Below are positions 48,284 to 58,875 of a DNA stretch of 64,000 nt, in pieces. Below the pieces are notes generated by a model, which saw nothing but the letters and a program-made list of their open reading frames with translations, was not told the DNA's origin and searched no databases. How positions within the stretch are numbered: the stretch's first letter is position 1; the number at the start of each line of letters is the position of its first letter. The DNA lies in the IMG/VR virus record IMGVR_UViG_3300010149_000008, one strand, 5' to 3'. Source of the stretch: a virus. Taxonomy: Duplodnaviria > Caudoviricetes. The position numbers and the translations under genes are program-made.

Positions 48284-48943
48284 ATGGCTAGATTATTTGT
48301 AGGACAAAGAGAAGCTGACTTTTTTGCTGATTTAACTAAAGAAGTGATAAAAGACATTGCTGGCCAAAAAGTATATTACTATACAATTAGAGAAGACTTA
48401 TCAAATGTACATGAGCTATATGAAGAGTCTCCTCAGAAAATATTTAATCCTCCTGTCGAAATTGAATGTATGGTTGAATGGCAACCTTCAGAAGTTCGTA
48501 CTACAAACTTTGGTACTGAAACTATAAAAACACTTACGTTGTATCTTCACTATAGAGACTTGCTTGATAGAGAAATAGTTTTTAATGAAGGGGACTACTT
48601 TTCTTACGGCCCATACTTTTTTGAAGCAACTTCAATTATATACGACAAGATTGCATATGGTCAAATTGAAAGAATTATTTCTATAAAAGTTAATGGTAAA
48701 CAAACAAGAATGCATCAAGTTGCGCTCAGACCTCATGGGCCTATTGATGAAGCATATTCTGATCAAGATGCAATTCAAACAACATTTACACAGCAAAGAG
48801 GTATACCTGATCATGACGTAAGAAGATTACAAGATGATGGAATAATCGATAAACCAATTTCAGGCCCAAGGTCTGTAAAACCTGATGGTTCTGCAAGAAG
48901 TGTTAATGGCGTAGGATCTTCTTTCTATGGAGATGAAGACTAA
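48284..48943 (+). CDS. gp14: Neck/head-closure protein (T4 gp14-like)
   Basis: GQKVYYY...NVHELYEES, EGDYFSYG; syntenic after gp13. Confidence 0.65.
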   Translation: MARLFVGQREADFFADLTKEVIKDIAGQKVYYYTIREDLSNVHELYEESPQKIFNPPVEIECMVEWQPSEVRTTNFGTETIKTLTLYLHYRDLLDREIVFNEGDYFSYGPYFFEATSIIYDKIAYGQIERIISIKVNGKQTRMHQVALRPHGPIDEAYSDQDAIQTTFTQQRGIPDHDVRRLQDDGIIDKPISGPRSVKPDGSARSVNGVGSSFYGDED

Positions 48944-50163
48944 TGGCAACAAAATATGATTTAGACAGTAATAAAAGATATGCACCTACAGGATATGAAG
49001 GATCTGGTAATACAGATTACATTATACCCTCGTGCGGTGTTGAAGACCTAGATCATTCTATTTTTAATCTTTTTGACAAACAGATACCTTTATATTATGA
49101 TCTTCATGGCGAAATAAAAAAAGTTCCTGTAATATTTGCTACAGGCGAACGATTTGCTTTGTTAAGAAGAAAACAACCGATAACTGACAGAAATGGTGCA
49201 TTAATATTGCCACTTATTTCTATAACAAGGACAGCAATAGAAAACGTACCTTCAAAAGGAATTGCTAATAATCAAATGTTTCCTAATATTGTGACAAAAA
49301 GAATATCAAAAAAAGATTTAGAATATAGACAACAAAAAAACATAGAAAATTTAAAAAACGTAAAAGGTGAAGATCTATCACAAGAAGGAGATATTTCTCT
49401 TAAGCCGAGAATAGAAAAAAATATTGTTGAAACAATCGAGATGCCTCCAGTTAAATATTTTGGCGCTAATTACGAGATTTCAATCTGGTCATCTTTTACT
49501 CAGCAAATGAACAAATTATTGGAAGCGATTATGAGTGCTTACACACTTAATCCTGGACAGCAGTTTAGATTAGAAAGTGACAAAGGCTACACATTTTCAG
49601 CATTTGTTGATGGGAGTATATCACAAGATACAAACTATAGCGACTTTACTGATGCAGAAAGATATATCAAATATAATATGACAATTAATGCAACAGGCTA
49701 TATTATTGCGCCAAATATTTTAGGAGGTAAAACTGCGTTAAGATCGTTTATGAGTGCACCTGAAGTATCTTTTGATGTATTAGAAGAATTTGTACAATTA
49801 GATCCTCAAGTAGGAGGTGTTGCTGATCCTGATCCTAATGCACATATGTTTGATGACTTAGCAACAGAGGATACATTAGTTGCTTCTACTAGAGTAGGTA
49901 TAGTCGGCGGTAGTAATGCAAAAGAGCTACAAGAAATAGACAGGTCAAAAGGATTTGCAGTTGATCTAAATATAGATAAATATAAGTCAGATGTTGTAGG
50001 CGAAAAATCTTCTGATAGTAAAAAGGTAAGAAAAACATTTGTTAGAGACTTGAACGGAAAACTTGTTCCTGTTATGGCTAAAGCTTCAAAAGGCAAAGGC
50101 GAAACTGTATACGATGCTAGATTAGGTGAAGTTTTATTTAATATTTCATCAATTGACGAATAA
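48943..50163 (+). CDS. gp15: Tail terminator/sheath stabiliser (T4 gp15-like)
   Basis: KVPVIFATGERF...LPLISITRT, YEISIWS; synteny before sheath. Confidence 0.65.
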   Translation: MATKYDLDSNKRYAPTGYEGSGNTDYIIPSCGVEDLDHSIFNLFDKQIPLYYDLHGEIKKVPVIFATGERFALLRRKQPITDRNGALILPLISITRTAIENVPSKGIANNQMFPNIVTKRISKKDLEYRQQKNIENLKNVKGEDLSQEGDISLKPRIEKNIVETIEMPPVKYFGANYEISIWSSFTQQMNKLLEAIMSAYTLNPGQQFRLESDKGYTFSAFVDGSISQDTNYSDFTDAERYIKYNMTINATGYIIAPNILGGKTALRSFMSAPEVSFDVLEEFVQLDPQVGGVADPDPNAHMFDDLATEDTLVASTRVGIVGGSNAKELQEIDRSKGFAVDLNIDKYKSDVVGEKSSDSKKVRKTFVRDLNGKLVPVMAKASKGKGETVYDARLGEVLFNISSIDE

Positions 50164-50222
50164 TTAAGAAATGACGAAATATTTAAAGATAGAAGATAAA
50201 ATAATATTAGGAGAATAATATC

Positions 50223-53200
50223 ATGGCAGAACAGACATTTAAGTCTCCAGGATTTTTCGAGCGAGAGATCGAAGTCATTAGTAGACCTCTTACACGAAAT
50301 ACAGCTACACCGGTTGGTGTAATTGGTCCTGCCCAAAAAGGACAAGCATTCGTACCTAAAACAGTAACAAGTGTTGATGAATTTATTAGAGAATTCGGTA
50401 TGCCAGATCAAGACACGTCTGCTGCCCATGCTGTCAGTGAATTCTTTACAAACGGCGGAAAAGCAGCAACATTCTGCCGCATCTTAGGCTCAGGAAAATC
50501 TGCAGCTGCAGGCACAAATAATTACGCAGGCTTTAAGATTGATGGAACAGCTCTTACAGCAGGAGGCGAAACAGATAGAGCACGTGGCGCAGTACAATTT
50601 ATTGTTGCAGAGCATGAAATTAACTTGGCAGAACACGTTACTTATGGTATTTTTAACGATAACGACTCACATAAGACATCAATGGATCCAGACCCATCAG
50701 ACAATGGCGGTGCTTTACAAGATGTCAATAGCTCTGATAGAGAAGTTCAATTAGTTCGTGCTATGATTTTTATGCATAAAGATTATACTCTTAGGATTAG
50801 TGAAGCCTCAGATACAACTGTTGGCCAATCGAGTGGTACTAATGATACTGCAACTCCAGCTTCCGGATTATTTAAGCTATGGATAATGAAGCATGATGAT
50901 GATACAGATGCTGATCCTTATACAGTATCATTAGACCCTTCTTCTACGCAATACATTGCAAAAGTTTTAAACACAGATCCTTATAGCTTTACAAAAGAAA
51001 AACACTTTTTATATGCAGACTTTCCTGTAGATAGCGAAATTGCTGAAGTTAAAGATGTAGCTGATCGTGTTGGTGTTGTAAGAGGTAATAGTGAAAATAT
51101 AGATTTGTATGGTGACTTTGTATCTAGGTTTACTGCACCTCAAACAACGTCTTTTATCTCCCAACCTTTTGGCAAGAAAGAATACGATCTTTTCCACTTT
51201 GAATCACTTGATGATGGTGCATATGCAAGTGGAAGTTATAAAATTTCTATTGCAAACATTAAGGCATCAACTCAAAAGAATTATAAGTATGGAACATTTT
51301 CTGTCCAACTTCGAAAAATTGATGATACAGATGAAGCACCAGTTATTCTCGAGTCATATAGCAGATGCTCTTTAGATCCTGACGCAAAAAATTATATTGC
51401 AAGATTAATTGGTGATCAAAAAGTAATGCTTTCTTTAGACGTTGATTCTGAAGATGAAAAGAGACTTGTAAGAGAAGGAACATTCCAAAGCAAGTCGTCT
51501 AGAATTCGTGTTGTTATGTCAAAAGACGTTATGAGAGGCGAAGCTCCAGATGACGCGCTTCCTTTTGGGTTTAGAGGCATACCCGCTTTAAAAACTACAA
51601 GTGACGGAAAAGATGCCAACGCAACAACAGTTAATAGTTTGCTTCTAGGCAAAGTAGTTGATTCATCATCAGTTTTAAATGCGTTAGGTAGTTCAATTTT
51701 GCCTCCTTTACCTTTTAGATCCAAGGTTACAAAAGGTAGCATGCTTAATAATGCAGGCGCATATTTTCAAGAATACTTTGGGCAAGCTCTTAACAAAGAA
51801 ACTGGTTTAAAGACTTCACAAGAAAACGTAAAGACATCTCTTTATTGGGGGCTTCATACTTCTAGAGTTTCAAATATTGATCGACCAAATGACAGTCTTT
51901 CTACAGACTTTAATCCTTTAATTAGATCTTTGACAAAATTTCTTGCAAAAAGAGACGAAGTTAAGTTTAGTGGAACAGCTGCAGATAAGTTTAACAATAA
52001 CAAATTTAGTCTTGCAAAAGTAGCATTCCCAGGAAGTACAGTAGCATCAATTCAAGGTAGTCCTCTTGATGCATTCTTGGAAGCTGTTTATGTAAGAAAC
52101 GCTGATGTTGACAGTGCATTTTATGATGCAGTTAATCATACAATTGATATGGATGCTGATTCTAGTGCTAACGATCCTTTCATAGGAGAATTAAGTACTG
52201 TAGCTTCAAATGCTTTAATTGTAGGTACAACTTATGAAATATTAACAACTCCTGACAACACAGCTGCAGGTATATCAAATAATGTTGTAGGCGAAATATT
52301 TACAGCAACCTTAACTTCTACAGGCGATGCTAATGGAACAATGAGACCATTTAGAAATACAAGAGCTACAATGGCTAAGTTGCTAGCTGAAGATATTACA
52401 AAGTTTAATAAATACAGCCAGATGGCTAAGTTTACTGCTCCTTTTTATGGTGGTTTTGACGGCGTTAACATTTTAAATAGAGACGATGCTTTCTTTACAG
52501 ATAGAGCAACATCAGTTGATTTAGGTGGACATGCAGGCGACGGTGGTTATACAAGTGGTCTAGACGGTACTGATGATGCTGATCCTATGCAAGGTAAAGA
52601 ATTAAATAACAATGCTGTTATATCATATAGAAATGCTATATTAGTTATGACTGATGAGATGATTATTGATCATAATGTCTTGGTTGTTCCGGGAATTCGT
52701 GAATCACTCATTTCAGATTATGCAGCACGTCGTGTAAGAGATTATGGCAAAGCAATTTATTTAATGGATATTCCTCATTACACTAAAGATAACGAAAGAA
52801 TATTTGTTTCATCTCGTGGTATTGCAACAGGAACAGCAGATGTTGATTTGACATCTTCTATCTTCGACCAGCGTGAGCTTGATTCATCATATGTTGCAAC
52901 GTATTTTCCTGATGTAATGATTAAAGACAGTGGTGATGATGAAAATGCTAGACAGACAAATCATAGAGCTAAGCGTGTACCATCATCAGCTGTTGCTTTA
53001 GGTGCACTTGCAAGAACAGACGCAAACCAAAGTCCTTGGTTTGCTCCTGCAGGATTTTCTCGTGGTGCTCTACCTAATGTTACAAGTCTTGATGTAAGAT
53101 TAAACGCAGCAGATCGTGATACTCTTTACGAGGCACGAATCAATCCAATTGCGAACTTCCCAAATAATCAGTTTGTTATATTTGGTCAGAAGACAACGCA

Positions 53201-53534
53201 AATTGCAAGAACAGCACTTGATAGAGTTAACGTTAGACGATTAATGATTAATATCAAGAGAAGAATTCAGAAAGTTGCACAAGGTTTGCTATTTGAGCAA
53301 AATGATGCAGCAACAAGAAACCGTTTTATTTCAAGAACATCTTCGATTTTGGCAGACGTTAGAGTTCGTCAAGGTATTGAAGATTTCCGCGTAATCATGG
53401 ACGACACAAATAACTCTGCTGAGGATGTGGATAACAATAGATTGAATGGTCGTATTGTTGTTGTACCAACTCGAGCTGTTGAGTTTATTGCAATGGACTT
53501 TGTAATTACAAATAGCGGTGTAGAATTCCCTTAA
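50223..53534 (+). CDS. gp18: Tail sheath protein 1 (gp18-like)
   Basis: FKSPGFFEREI, GPAQKGQAFVP, PWFAPAGFSRG, INPI, FGQKT, ALDRVNVRRL, PTRAVEFI. Confidence 0.93.
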   Translation: MAEQTFKSPGFFEREIEVISRPLTRNTATPVGVIGPAQKGQAFVPKTVTSVDEFIREFGMPDQDTSAAHAVSEFFTNGGKAATFCRILGSGKSAAAGTNNYAGFKIDGTALTAGGETDRARGAVQFIVAEHEINLAEHVTYGIFNDNDSHKTSMDPDPSDNGGALQDVNSSDREVQLVRAMIFMHKDYTLRISEASDTTVGQSSGTNDTATPASGLFKLWIMKHDDDTDADPYTVSLDPSSTQYIAKVLNTDPYSFTKEKHFLYADFPVDSEIAEVKDVADRVGVVRGNSENIDLYGDFVSRFTAPQTTSFISQPFGKKEYDLFHFESLDDGAYASGSYKISIANIKASTQKNYKYGTFSVQLRKIDDTDEAPVILESYSRCSLDPDAKNYIARLIGDQKVMLSLDVDSEDEKRLVREGTFQSKSSRIRVVMSKDVMRGEAPDDALPFGFRGIPALKTTSDGKDANATTVNSLLLGKVVDSSSVLNALGSSILPPLPFRSKVTKGSMLNNAGAYFQEYFGQALNKETGLKTSQENVKTSLYWGLHTSRVSNIDRPNDSLSTDFNPLIRSLTKFLAKRDEVKFSGTAADKFNNNKFSLAKVAFPGSTVASIQGSPLDAFLEAVYVRNADVDSAFYDAVNHTIDMDADSSANDPFIGELSTVASNALIVGTTYEILTTPDNTAAGISNNVVGEIFTATLTSTGDANGTMRPFRNTRATMAKLLAEDITKFNKYSQMAKFTAPFYGGFDGVNILNRDDAFFTDRATSVDLGGHAGDGGYTSGLDGTDDADPMQGKELNNNAVISYRNAILVMTDEMIIDHNVLVVPGIRESLISDYAARRVRDYGKAIYLMDIPHYTKDNERIFVSSRGIATGTADVDLTSSIFDQRELDSSYVATYFPDVMIKDSGDDENARQTNHRAKRVPSSAVALGALARTDANQSPWFAPAGFSRGALPNVTSLDVRLNAADRDTLYEARINPIANFPNNQFVIFGQKTTQIARTALDRVNVRRLMINIKRRIQKVAQGLLFEQNDAATRNRFISRTSSILADVRVRQGIEDFRVIMDDTNNSAEDVDNNRLNGRIVVVPTRAVEFIAMDFVITNSGVEFP

Positions 53535-53578
53535 TCAGAATAGTTATAATAAAGTAAAAACATAGGAGAAAAATCAAT

Positions 53579-56500
53579 ATGGCTGGACAAGGCTCAGCGA
53601 GAGTAACTCTACGTGAAATCGATTTATCACAAGTAAGAAATCCTCAACAACTACCACAGGGTGTCCCAGCTGCTGTTGTTGGTCCTGCGAGAAAAGGTCC
53701 AGCCTTTGTCCCGCAAACATTTGCAACAATGCAGCAGTTTAATGAGGTCTTTGGAAATATGCTTGAAGTGGGACGAGAAGGCAACTCAAACCAATTTGGA
53801 CCTTTAGCTCTTAACGAGTGGATGCGTTCTGCGCAAGCAGGAACGTATCTTCGCGTTTTAGGCGTTGGTAATGGTTTGCCATCAAGCAGCGGCAAAACAT
53901 CTGAAGCAGGTTTTGTTGTAGGTGAAAAACAGCTTCAATTGCAATCAACAGGTCTTGCAAAAGTTGGTGACAACGAAAATGCAGCTATTACAGACTCAAC
54001 TGCAGCTTTAGCTTTAGGCAGAACTCATATGCTTGGCTGCTTTATGAAAGATGCAGAAGGTAGCACATATCTTGCAGATGCAGGAATGGCTTCAGAAGAT
54101 GCTGCAGCTTCTATTGTTATAGACTTTGGTGATCAAGTGCCTGAAGATGGCAGTACTCTTTCTTTAATCGCAGACGATGGTGACGGCACATTTACAACTA
54201 GAGTTTATGGTTTTGATAATGGCGGCGGCGCTGTTGCAAACACTAATCATGTTATTAACACAGTGGGTGGTGCAAATGCAATTGCTGCACTTCTAGCTAC
54301 AGAAATTCAACAAAATCATGCAAATTTAAATGCTGTAGCTGCAGCAAATACTGGGCGACTAACGATTACACAAGTCCAGTCAGGCGCAGCAGGTAATACA
54401 GAAGTTAAAGCAACACTTAATAATGCTGTTACAAATAAAATTACAATTACTTCTGCAGACGGCACAAGCATTACAAATAGTACATCTGGCGCAACGTTTA
54501 GATTTAGAGAAGGAACAGGCGGAACCAAAGCTTCAGGTAAAATTTCAGGACAAGATGCAGCAATTACAGATGGACAAAACATTGTAATTAAAAGTCCAGA
54601 CGTTACAGGTACAGAAAAAACTGTAACATTTACTTTTAATACACAGGCAACAATTGATACTGCAATTGATAATGATGGAGCTGTTGCTGTAGGACAAGAC
54701 AAAGCTGATGCTAAAGCAGCTGCAGCAACTGCAGGATTTTATAGAGTTGCTGCAGCAACTGGTGCGATTACTGTGTTAAATGTTACTGGAGGCTCAAATG
54801 CAGAAAATAATGCAGCATCTTTACAAAATCTGTTAAATGCTATTAACTCTTCTGGACATGATATCTCTGGTCTTATTACAGGAGAACGATCAGACGACGA
54901 CCTTGTTTTAACTCAGGTACTTCAAGGAACTGAAGGTAATCTAGCTTTAACTACAACAGCTGCTGCTGCCTTTACTATTGGTGGTTTAGAAGATGGTAGC
55001 GGTAACGCTAATGTCATAGAAGGCGGCACAGCAGCTGCTAACGCTAATGTAACGTTAAAGTTTAACGGTCAACCAAACGCAGGTGACGTTATAAGACTTC
55101 CTAATCTAAATGGCTCAACAGATGGAGAAGCTTTTCACTTTATAGCAACGCTAACAGGAGATCTCATTGGTGGTCTAAATGCTACAAGACCAGGTGGTCT
55201 AGATGATACAATTGGCGGAAATACTGCTATAGCTGTTGAGTTAGGTGAGTCAATTGATGTAACACTAGATAATTTAAGACATGCATTACTACAAAACGGT
55301 GGCGCAGACCCTGATAATAATGCAGGTCATGGATTAGATAAAGATAATATATCAGTTGTTATTGATTTCTCAAGCAAAGAATTAAAAATTGCTGCTGATG
55401 GTGCAAACGGTTTGGCAGACAACAAAGAATTAATCTTTAACGTGTCTTCAAACGTAACAGTTTCTAATCCTGCAGGTGAGAGTTTAGTTGGTAACTTTGG
55501 TGAAAAGACAATCAACTTTTCAGGTGGCGAGACAAATGCTGCACAACCAGTTATTCGTGGCGTTTTAATGACTCCACAAGGTGTAAGAGCTTCTTTAGAG
55601 GTCAATGATAATTTAGGAGACGATGATGCAGATATTTTAGTTCCATTAAAAGACTTATCATCTCATGATAAAGTTAGGCTTCGTGCACATGGAAAAACAT
55701 TTGGTAATACAGCTGATAATAATCTTGCAGGATACGTTGTAGGTGAAGTTGATAGCAGTCAAGGATTTAAATTAATTTTAAATGGCTATTCTAATATAGA
55801 GAACCCTGCAGTTTTGGACTGTTCATTCGATCCTAATTCACCATCATATTTTGCAAAAGTATTAAACACAGATCCAACAAAGATGGAAGAGTTAGGACAT
55901 TATTTATACGCTAACTGGGATATTAATCCAGCCGTTGCTGCTCCTTCAAATGCAGGCTTAAAGCATAGTGGTGCGAGTGTTATTGGTACAAACTATGAAG
56001 ACATGAAGGGTTTCTTGGTTGCAGGTGCAGCAGGAAGAAACACATCAGATACAGGTAAACCTGACTATGAAGACTTTAGAAGCAAATTTGCAACTGCAAG
56101 AACGCCATGGATTGTTTCGCAATTTTATAGTGCAGGTGTAAATACTGCTGCTAGACCTGGGACGGCAGCCTCGGGCGGCGCAGTTAAGCTATTTAGACTT
56201 TACTCAGTAGATGACGGTGTAATTTCTAATGGCAAATTTAGATTGTTAATTTCAAACTTAAGATACGGTGGACAAAATGATTATGGATCATTTGATATGT
56301 CACTTGAAAGTTTTGCGTCAGATCCTATTAGAGGAACTGTTGTAGCTTCATGGAAAAATGCAAACTTAGATACTAATAGCAGAAACTTTATCGGTCGACT
56401 TGTTGGTGATAAACACATTTATTATGATTTTGAGAGTGACTTAGGAAAACAAAGACTACGTGAAGAAGGTCAATATGACAGAAAAAATCCTTACGTAAGA

Positions 56501-58138
56501 ATTGAACTTTCAGATGCACTTAAGCAAGGTGACGTCGAAATCGATGCTTTACCAACAGGTTTCCAAGGTCATGCACACTTATTTACTAAGAGTAATGGCA
56601 ACTTCTTAGAACTTGATGTAGCTGAAGGTAATAGAGTTTTTACAGACTCTGCTAATCTAGTTACAGAAACTTTATCACAAGCGCAGGTTTTACCTCTTGA
56701 CTTTGTAACAAGCATTAATAGAATTGAAGGTGCTTCTTCTTTAGCTTCTGATGATGATTTAGCTTGGGGCGTTAAATTTGCTTTAAGAGAAAACAATCAT
56801 ATAAGTTATACTGATTCGAATGGCAATTTAGTTAAAGGTCACAAAGAGTTAACAGAGCAAGTATTTAACAAATCAATTAGTTCATGGGCTAAGTTCTTTC
56901 CTTCGTTTGGATCGAATCCTGCTTGGATTACAGATGATGCTGCAGACTCAAGTCAAAATTCTTTCTTCTCATTAGAAAAAATTGCAATACCAACAGCTTC
57001 TTTAGACACTGATAGCAATATATCTACTTGGGATGGAGCTACTTATAAGAGAAAACCAGCAGACACGCCAAGTGGTAGATTTGTTAAAATTTCTAAAGAC
57101 GCGTTAGGCGGAAATGCTAAATATCTTAAGTTCCGATGTATGTTCCAAGGTGGATTTGATGGTGTTAATATATTTGATGAAGAAAAAGCTGAATTATCAG
57201 GCGTGGCATCTTTAAGAGAAGGTGAAGACGAGACAAATTCTCAAAAGTTTACTGGTCCTACAGTTATGGCATATCAAAGAGCAGTTGATGTTTTAACTGA
57301 TAAGTCTGCAACTGAGTTCCAATTGCTAGCTATTCCTGGCCAAAGATCACCACGAGTTACTGACTATGCAATTACAGCTTGTGAAGATAGATTTGATGCA
57401 ATGCTTATTATTGATATTGTTGAGAAAGATGCTTTAAACAGCTTAATTGAAGACAGTGATGTTAAGCCACATGTTAGAAATACTATTTCGTTATTTTCTG
57501 ATCGTGTTTTAGATACATCATTTGCTGCAGCTTATTTTCCAGATGTAGTTGTACGTCGTCCTTCTGACAATGCACCAATTGTTGTCCCACCATCTGTTGG
57601 AATGCTTGGTGTAATGAGTAGAAACGACTCGATTGCAGATCCATGGTTTGCTCCTGCAGGCTTAAATAGAGGTCGTCTAAGTGCTATTGATTCTAGAGTT
57701 CAAATGAACAGAGACTTGTTAGATGATCTTTATGATGCTGACATTAATCCAATTTACGTTCCAGCTGGACGTAGTGGTGAGGTTTACGCATTTGGTCAAA
57801 AGACACTTCTCCAAGATCAGTCAGCGCTCGATAGAATTAATGTACGTCGTCTTCTTATTGACATTAGACGCAAGGTTAAGAAAGTTGGCGAGCAGTTATT
57901 ATTTGAGCCAAATAGATCATCTACATTATCTAGATTTTCTTCATTGGTTGAACCAATCATGGCAAACGTTCAGGAACGAAGAGGTGTTACTCGTTATAAG
58001 GTTCAAATTGACTCTTCAACGACGACACAAAACGACATTGAGAACAATACAATTCGTGGCAAGATCTACTTGCAACCTACTAAGTCTGTAGAGTTTATTT
58101 CTTTAGACTTTGTGGTCACAAATACAATTCAGCAATAA
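53579..58138 (+). CDS. gp18: Tail sheath protein 2 (gp18-like) with three inserted repeat domains
   Basis: GPARKGPAFVP, PWFAPAGLNRG, FGQKTL, ALDRINVRRL, QPTKSVEFISLDF. Confidence 0.93.
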   Translation: MAGQGSARVTLREIDLSQVRNPQQLPQGVPAAVVGPARKGPAFVPQTFATMQQFNEVFGNMLEVGREGNSNQFGPLALNEWMRSAQAGTYLRVLGVGNGLPSSSGKTSEAGFVVGEKQLQLQSTGLAKVGDNENAAITDSTAALALGRTHMLGCFMKDAEGSTYLADAGMASEDAAASIVIDFGDQVPEDGSTLSLIADDGDGTFTTRVYGFDNGGGAVANTNHVINTVGGANAIAALLATEIQQNHANLNAVAAANTGRLTITQVQSGAAGNTEVKATLNNAVTNKITITSADGTSITNSTSGATFRFREGTGGTKASGKISGQDAAITDGQNIVIKSPDVTGTEKTVTFTFNTQATIDTAIDNDGAVAVGQDKADAKAAAATAGFYRVAAATGAITVLNVTGGSNAENNAASLQNLLNAINSSGHDISGLITGERSDDDLVLTQVLQGTEGNLALTTTAAAAFTIGGLEDGSGNANVIEGGTAAANANVTLKFNGQPNAGDVIRLPNLNGSTDGEAFHFIATLTGDLIGGLNATRPGGLDDTIGGNTAIAVELGESIDVTLDNLRHALLQNGGADPDNNAGHGLDKDNISVVIDFSSKELKIAADGANGLADNKELIFNVSSNVTVSNPAGESLVGNFGEKTINFSGGETNAAQPVIRGVLMTPQGVRASLEVNDNLGDDDADILVPLKDLSSHDKVRLRAHGKTFGNTADNNLAGYVVGEVDSSQGFKLILNGYSNIENPAVLDCSFDPNSPSYFAKVLNTDPTKMEELGHYLYANWDINPAVAAPSNAGLKHSGASVIGTNYEDMKGFLVAGAAGRNTSDTGKPDYEDFRSKFATARTPWIVSQFYSAGVNTAARPGTAASGGAVKLFRLYSVDDGVISNGKFRLLISNLRYGGQNDYGSFDMSLESFASDPIRGTVVASWKNANLDTNSRNFIGRLVGDKHIYYDFESDLGKQRLREEGQYDRKNPYVRIELSDALKQGDVEIDALPTGFQGHAHLFTKSNGNFLELDVAEGNRVFTDSANLVTETLSQAQVLPLDFVTSINRIEGASSLASDDDLAWGVKFALRENNHISYTDSNGNLVKGHKELTEQVFNKSISSWAKFFPSFGSNPAWITDDAADSSQNSFFSLEKIAIPTASLDTDSNISTWDGATYKRKPADTPSGRFVKISKDALGGNAKYLKFRCMFQGGFDGVNIFDEEKAELSGVASLREGEDETNSQKFTGPTVMAYQRAVDVLTDKSATEFQLLAIPGQRSPRVTDYAITACEDRFDAMLIIDIVEKDALNSLIEDSDVKPHVRNTISLFSDRVLDTSFAAAYFPDVVVRRPSDNAPIVVPPSVGMLGVMSRNDSIADPWFAPAGLNRGRLSAIDSRVQMNRDLLDDLYDADINPIYVPAGRSGEVYAFGQKTLLQDQSALDRINVRRLLIDIRRKVKKVGEQLLFEPNRSSTLSRFSSLVEPIMANVQERRGVTRYKVQIDSSTTTQNDIENNTIRGKIYLQPTKSVEFISLDFVVTNTIQQ

Positions 58139-58189
58139 TTAAATAAATTAGTTAGATATATATAAATAAAGAATTAGGAGTTTTTAAAC

Positions 58190-58678
58190 ATGGCTGAGAC
58201 ACTATCCGTTACAGAGATGATACCTAATAAGTTTGAACCAAAGAGAAAAAATCGATGGGTCTTTGCTATTGAGGGTATCGACGCTTTTCTTATGAAGACG
58301 GCGAACCGTCCTTCGTATTCAACAAATGAGACAACAATACCTTTTATTAACAGTACTCGTTACCTTGCTGGTAAGACAACTTTTGATACAATGTCTGTGA
58401 CACTTCATGACCCAATTGCACCTTCAGGCGCACAACAGGTTATGGAATGGATCAGAACTCACTTCGAGTCTGTATCAGGTCGTGCAGGTTACGCTGACTT
58501 TTACAAGAGAGACTGCCAGCTTAAGATGCTTGATCCAGTTGGTACAGTTGTTGAGCTTTGGGACATCAAAGGTTCATTTATAACACAAGCAGGTTTTGGT
58601 GACCTTTCTTACGATGGAGATGATCCACAAGAAATTTCATTGACTTTGCGATTTGACAACTGCGTTCTACAATACTAA
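58190..58678 (+). CDS. gp19: Tail tube protein (gp19-like)
   Basis: FEPKRKNRW, YLAGKTTF..MSVTLHD, QVMEW, KRDCQLKMLDPVG..VE.W.IKGSF, LRFDNC. Confidence 0.9.
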   Translation: MAETLSVTEMIPNKFEPKRKNRWVFAIEGIDAFLMKTANRPSYSTNETTIPFINSTRYLAGKTTFDTMSVTLHDPIAPSGAQQVMEWIRTHFESVSGRAGYADFYKRDCQLKMLDPVGTVVELWDIKGSFITQAGFGDLSYDGDDPQEISLTLRFDNCVLQY

Positions 58679-58728
58679 TTTAGATATTGCAACTTAATTG
58701 TTGCTAGCAATAATCTTGGTGTCGTCTT

Positions 58729-58766
58729 AAACAAAAGAGTGGCTTTCGGGCTGCTCTTTTTTGTTT
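58729..58766 (+). terminator. Rho-independent (possibly bidirectional) terminator with UUCG loop
   Basis: AAACAAAAGAGTGGCT-TTCG-GGCTGCTCTTTTTTGTTT. Confidence 0.8.
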
Positions 58767-58875
58767 TCGTTTAATTTATTTAACGACAAAGTATTTCTTA
58801 TCAATAATTAAGTAAAAGTCAAAACAGCAAAAAACAGTGAATAATACTTATTTAATATAATGCGATAGGATTACT

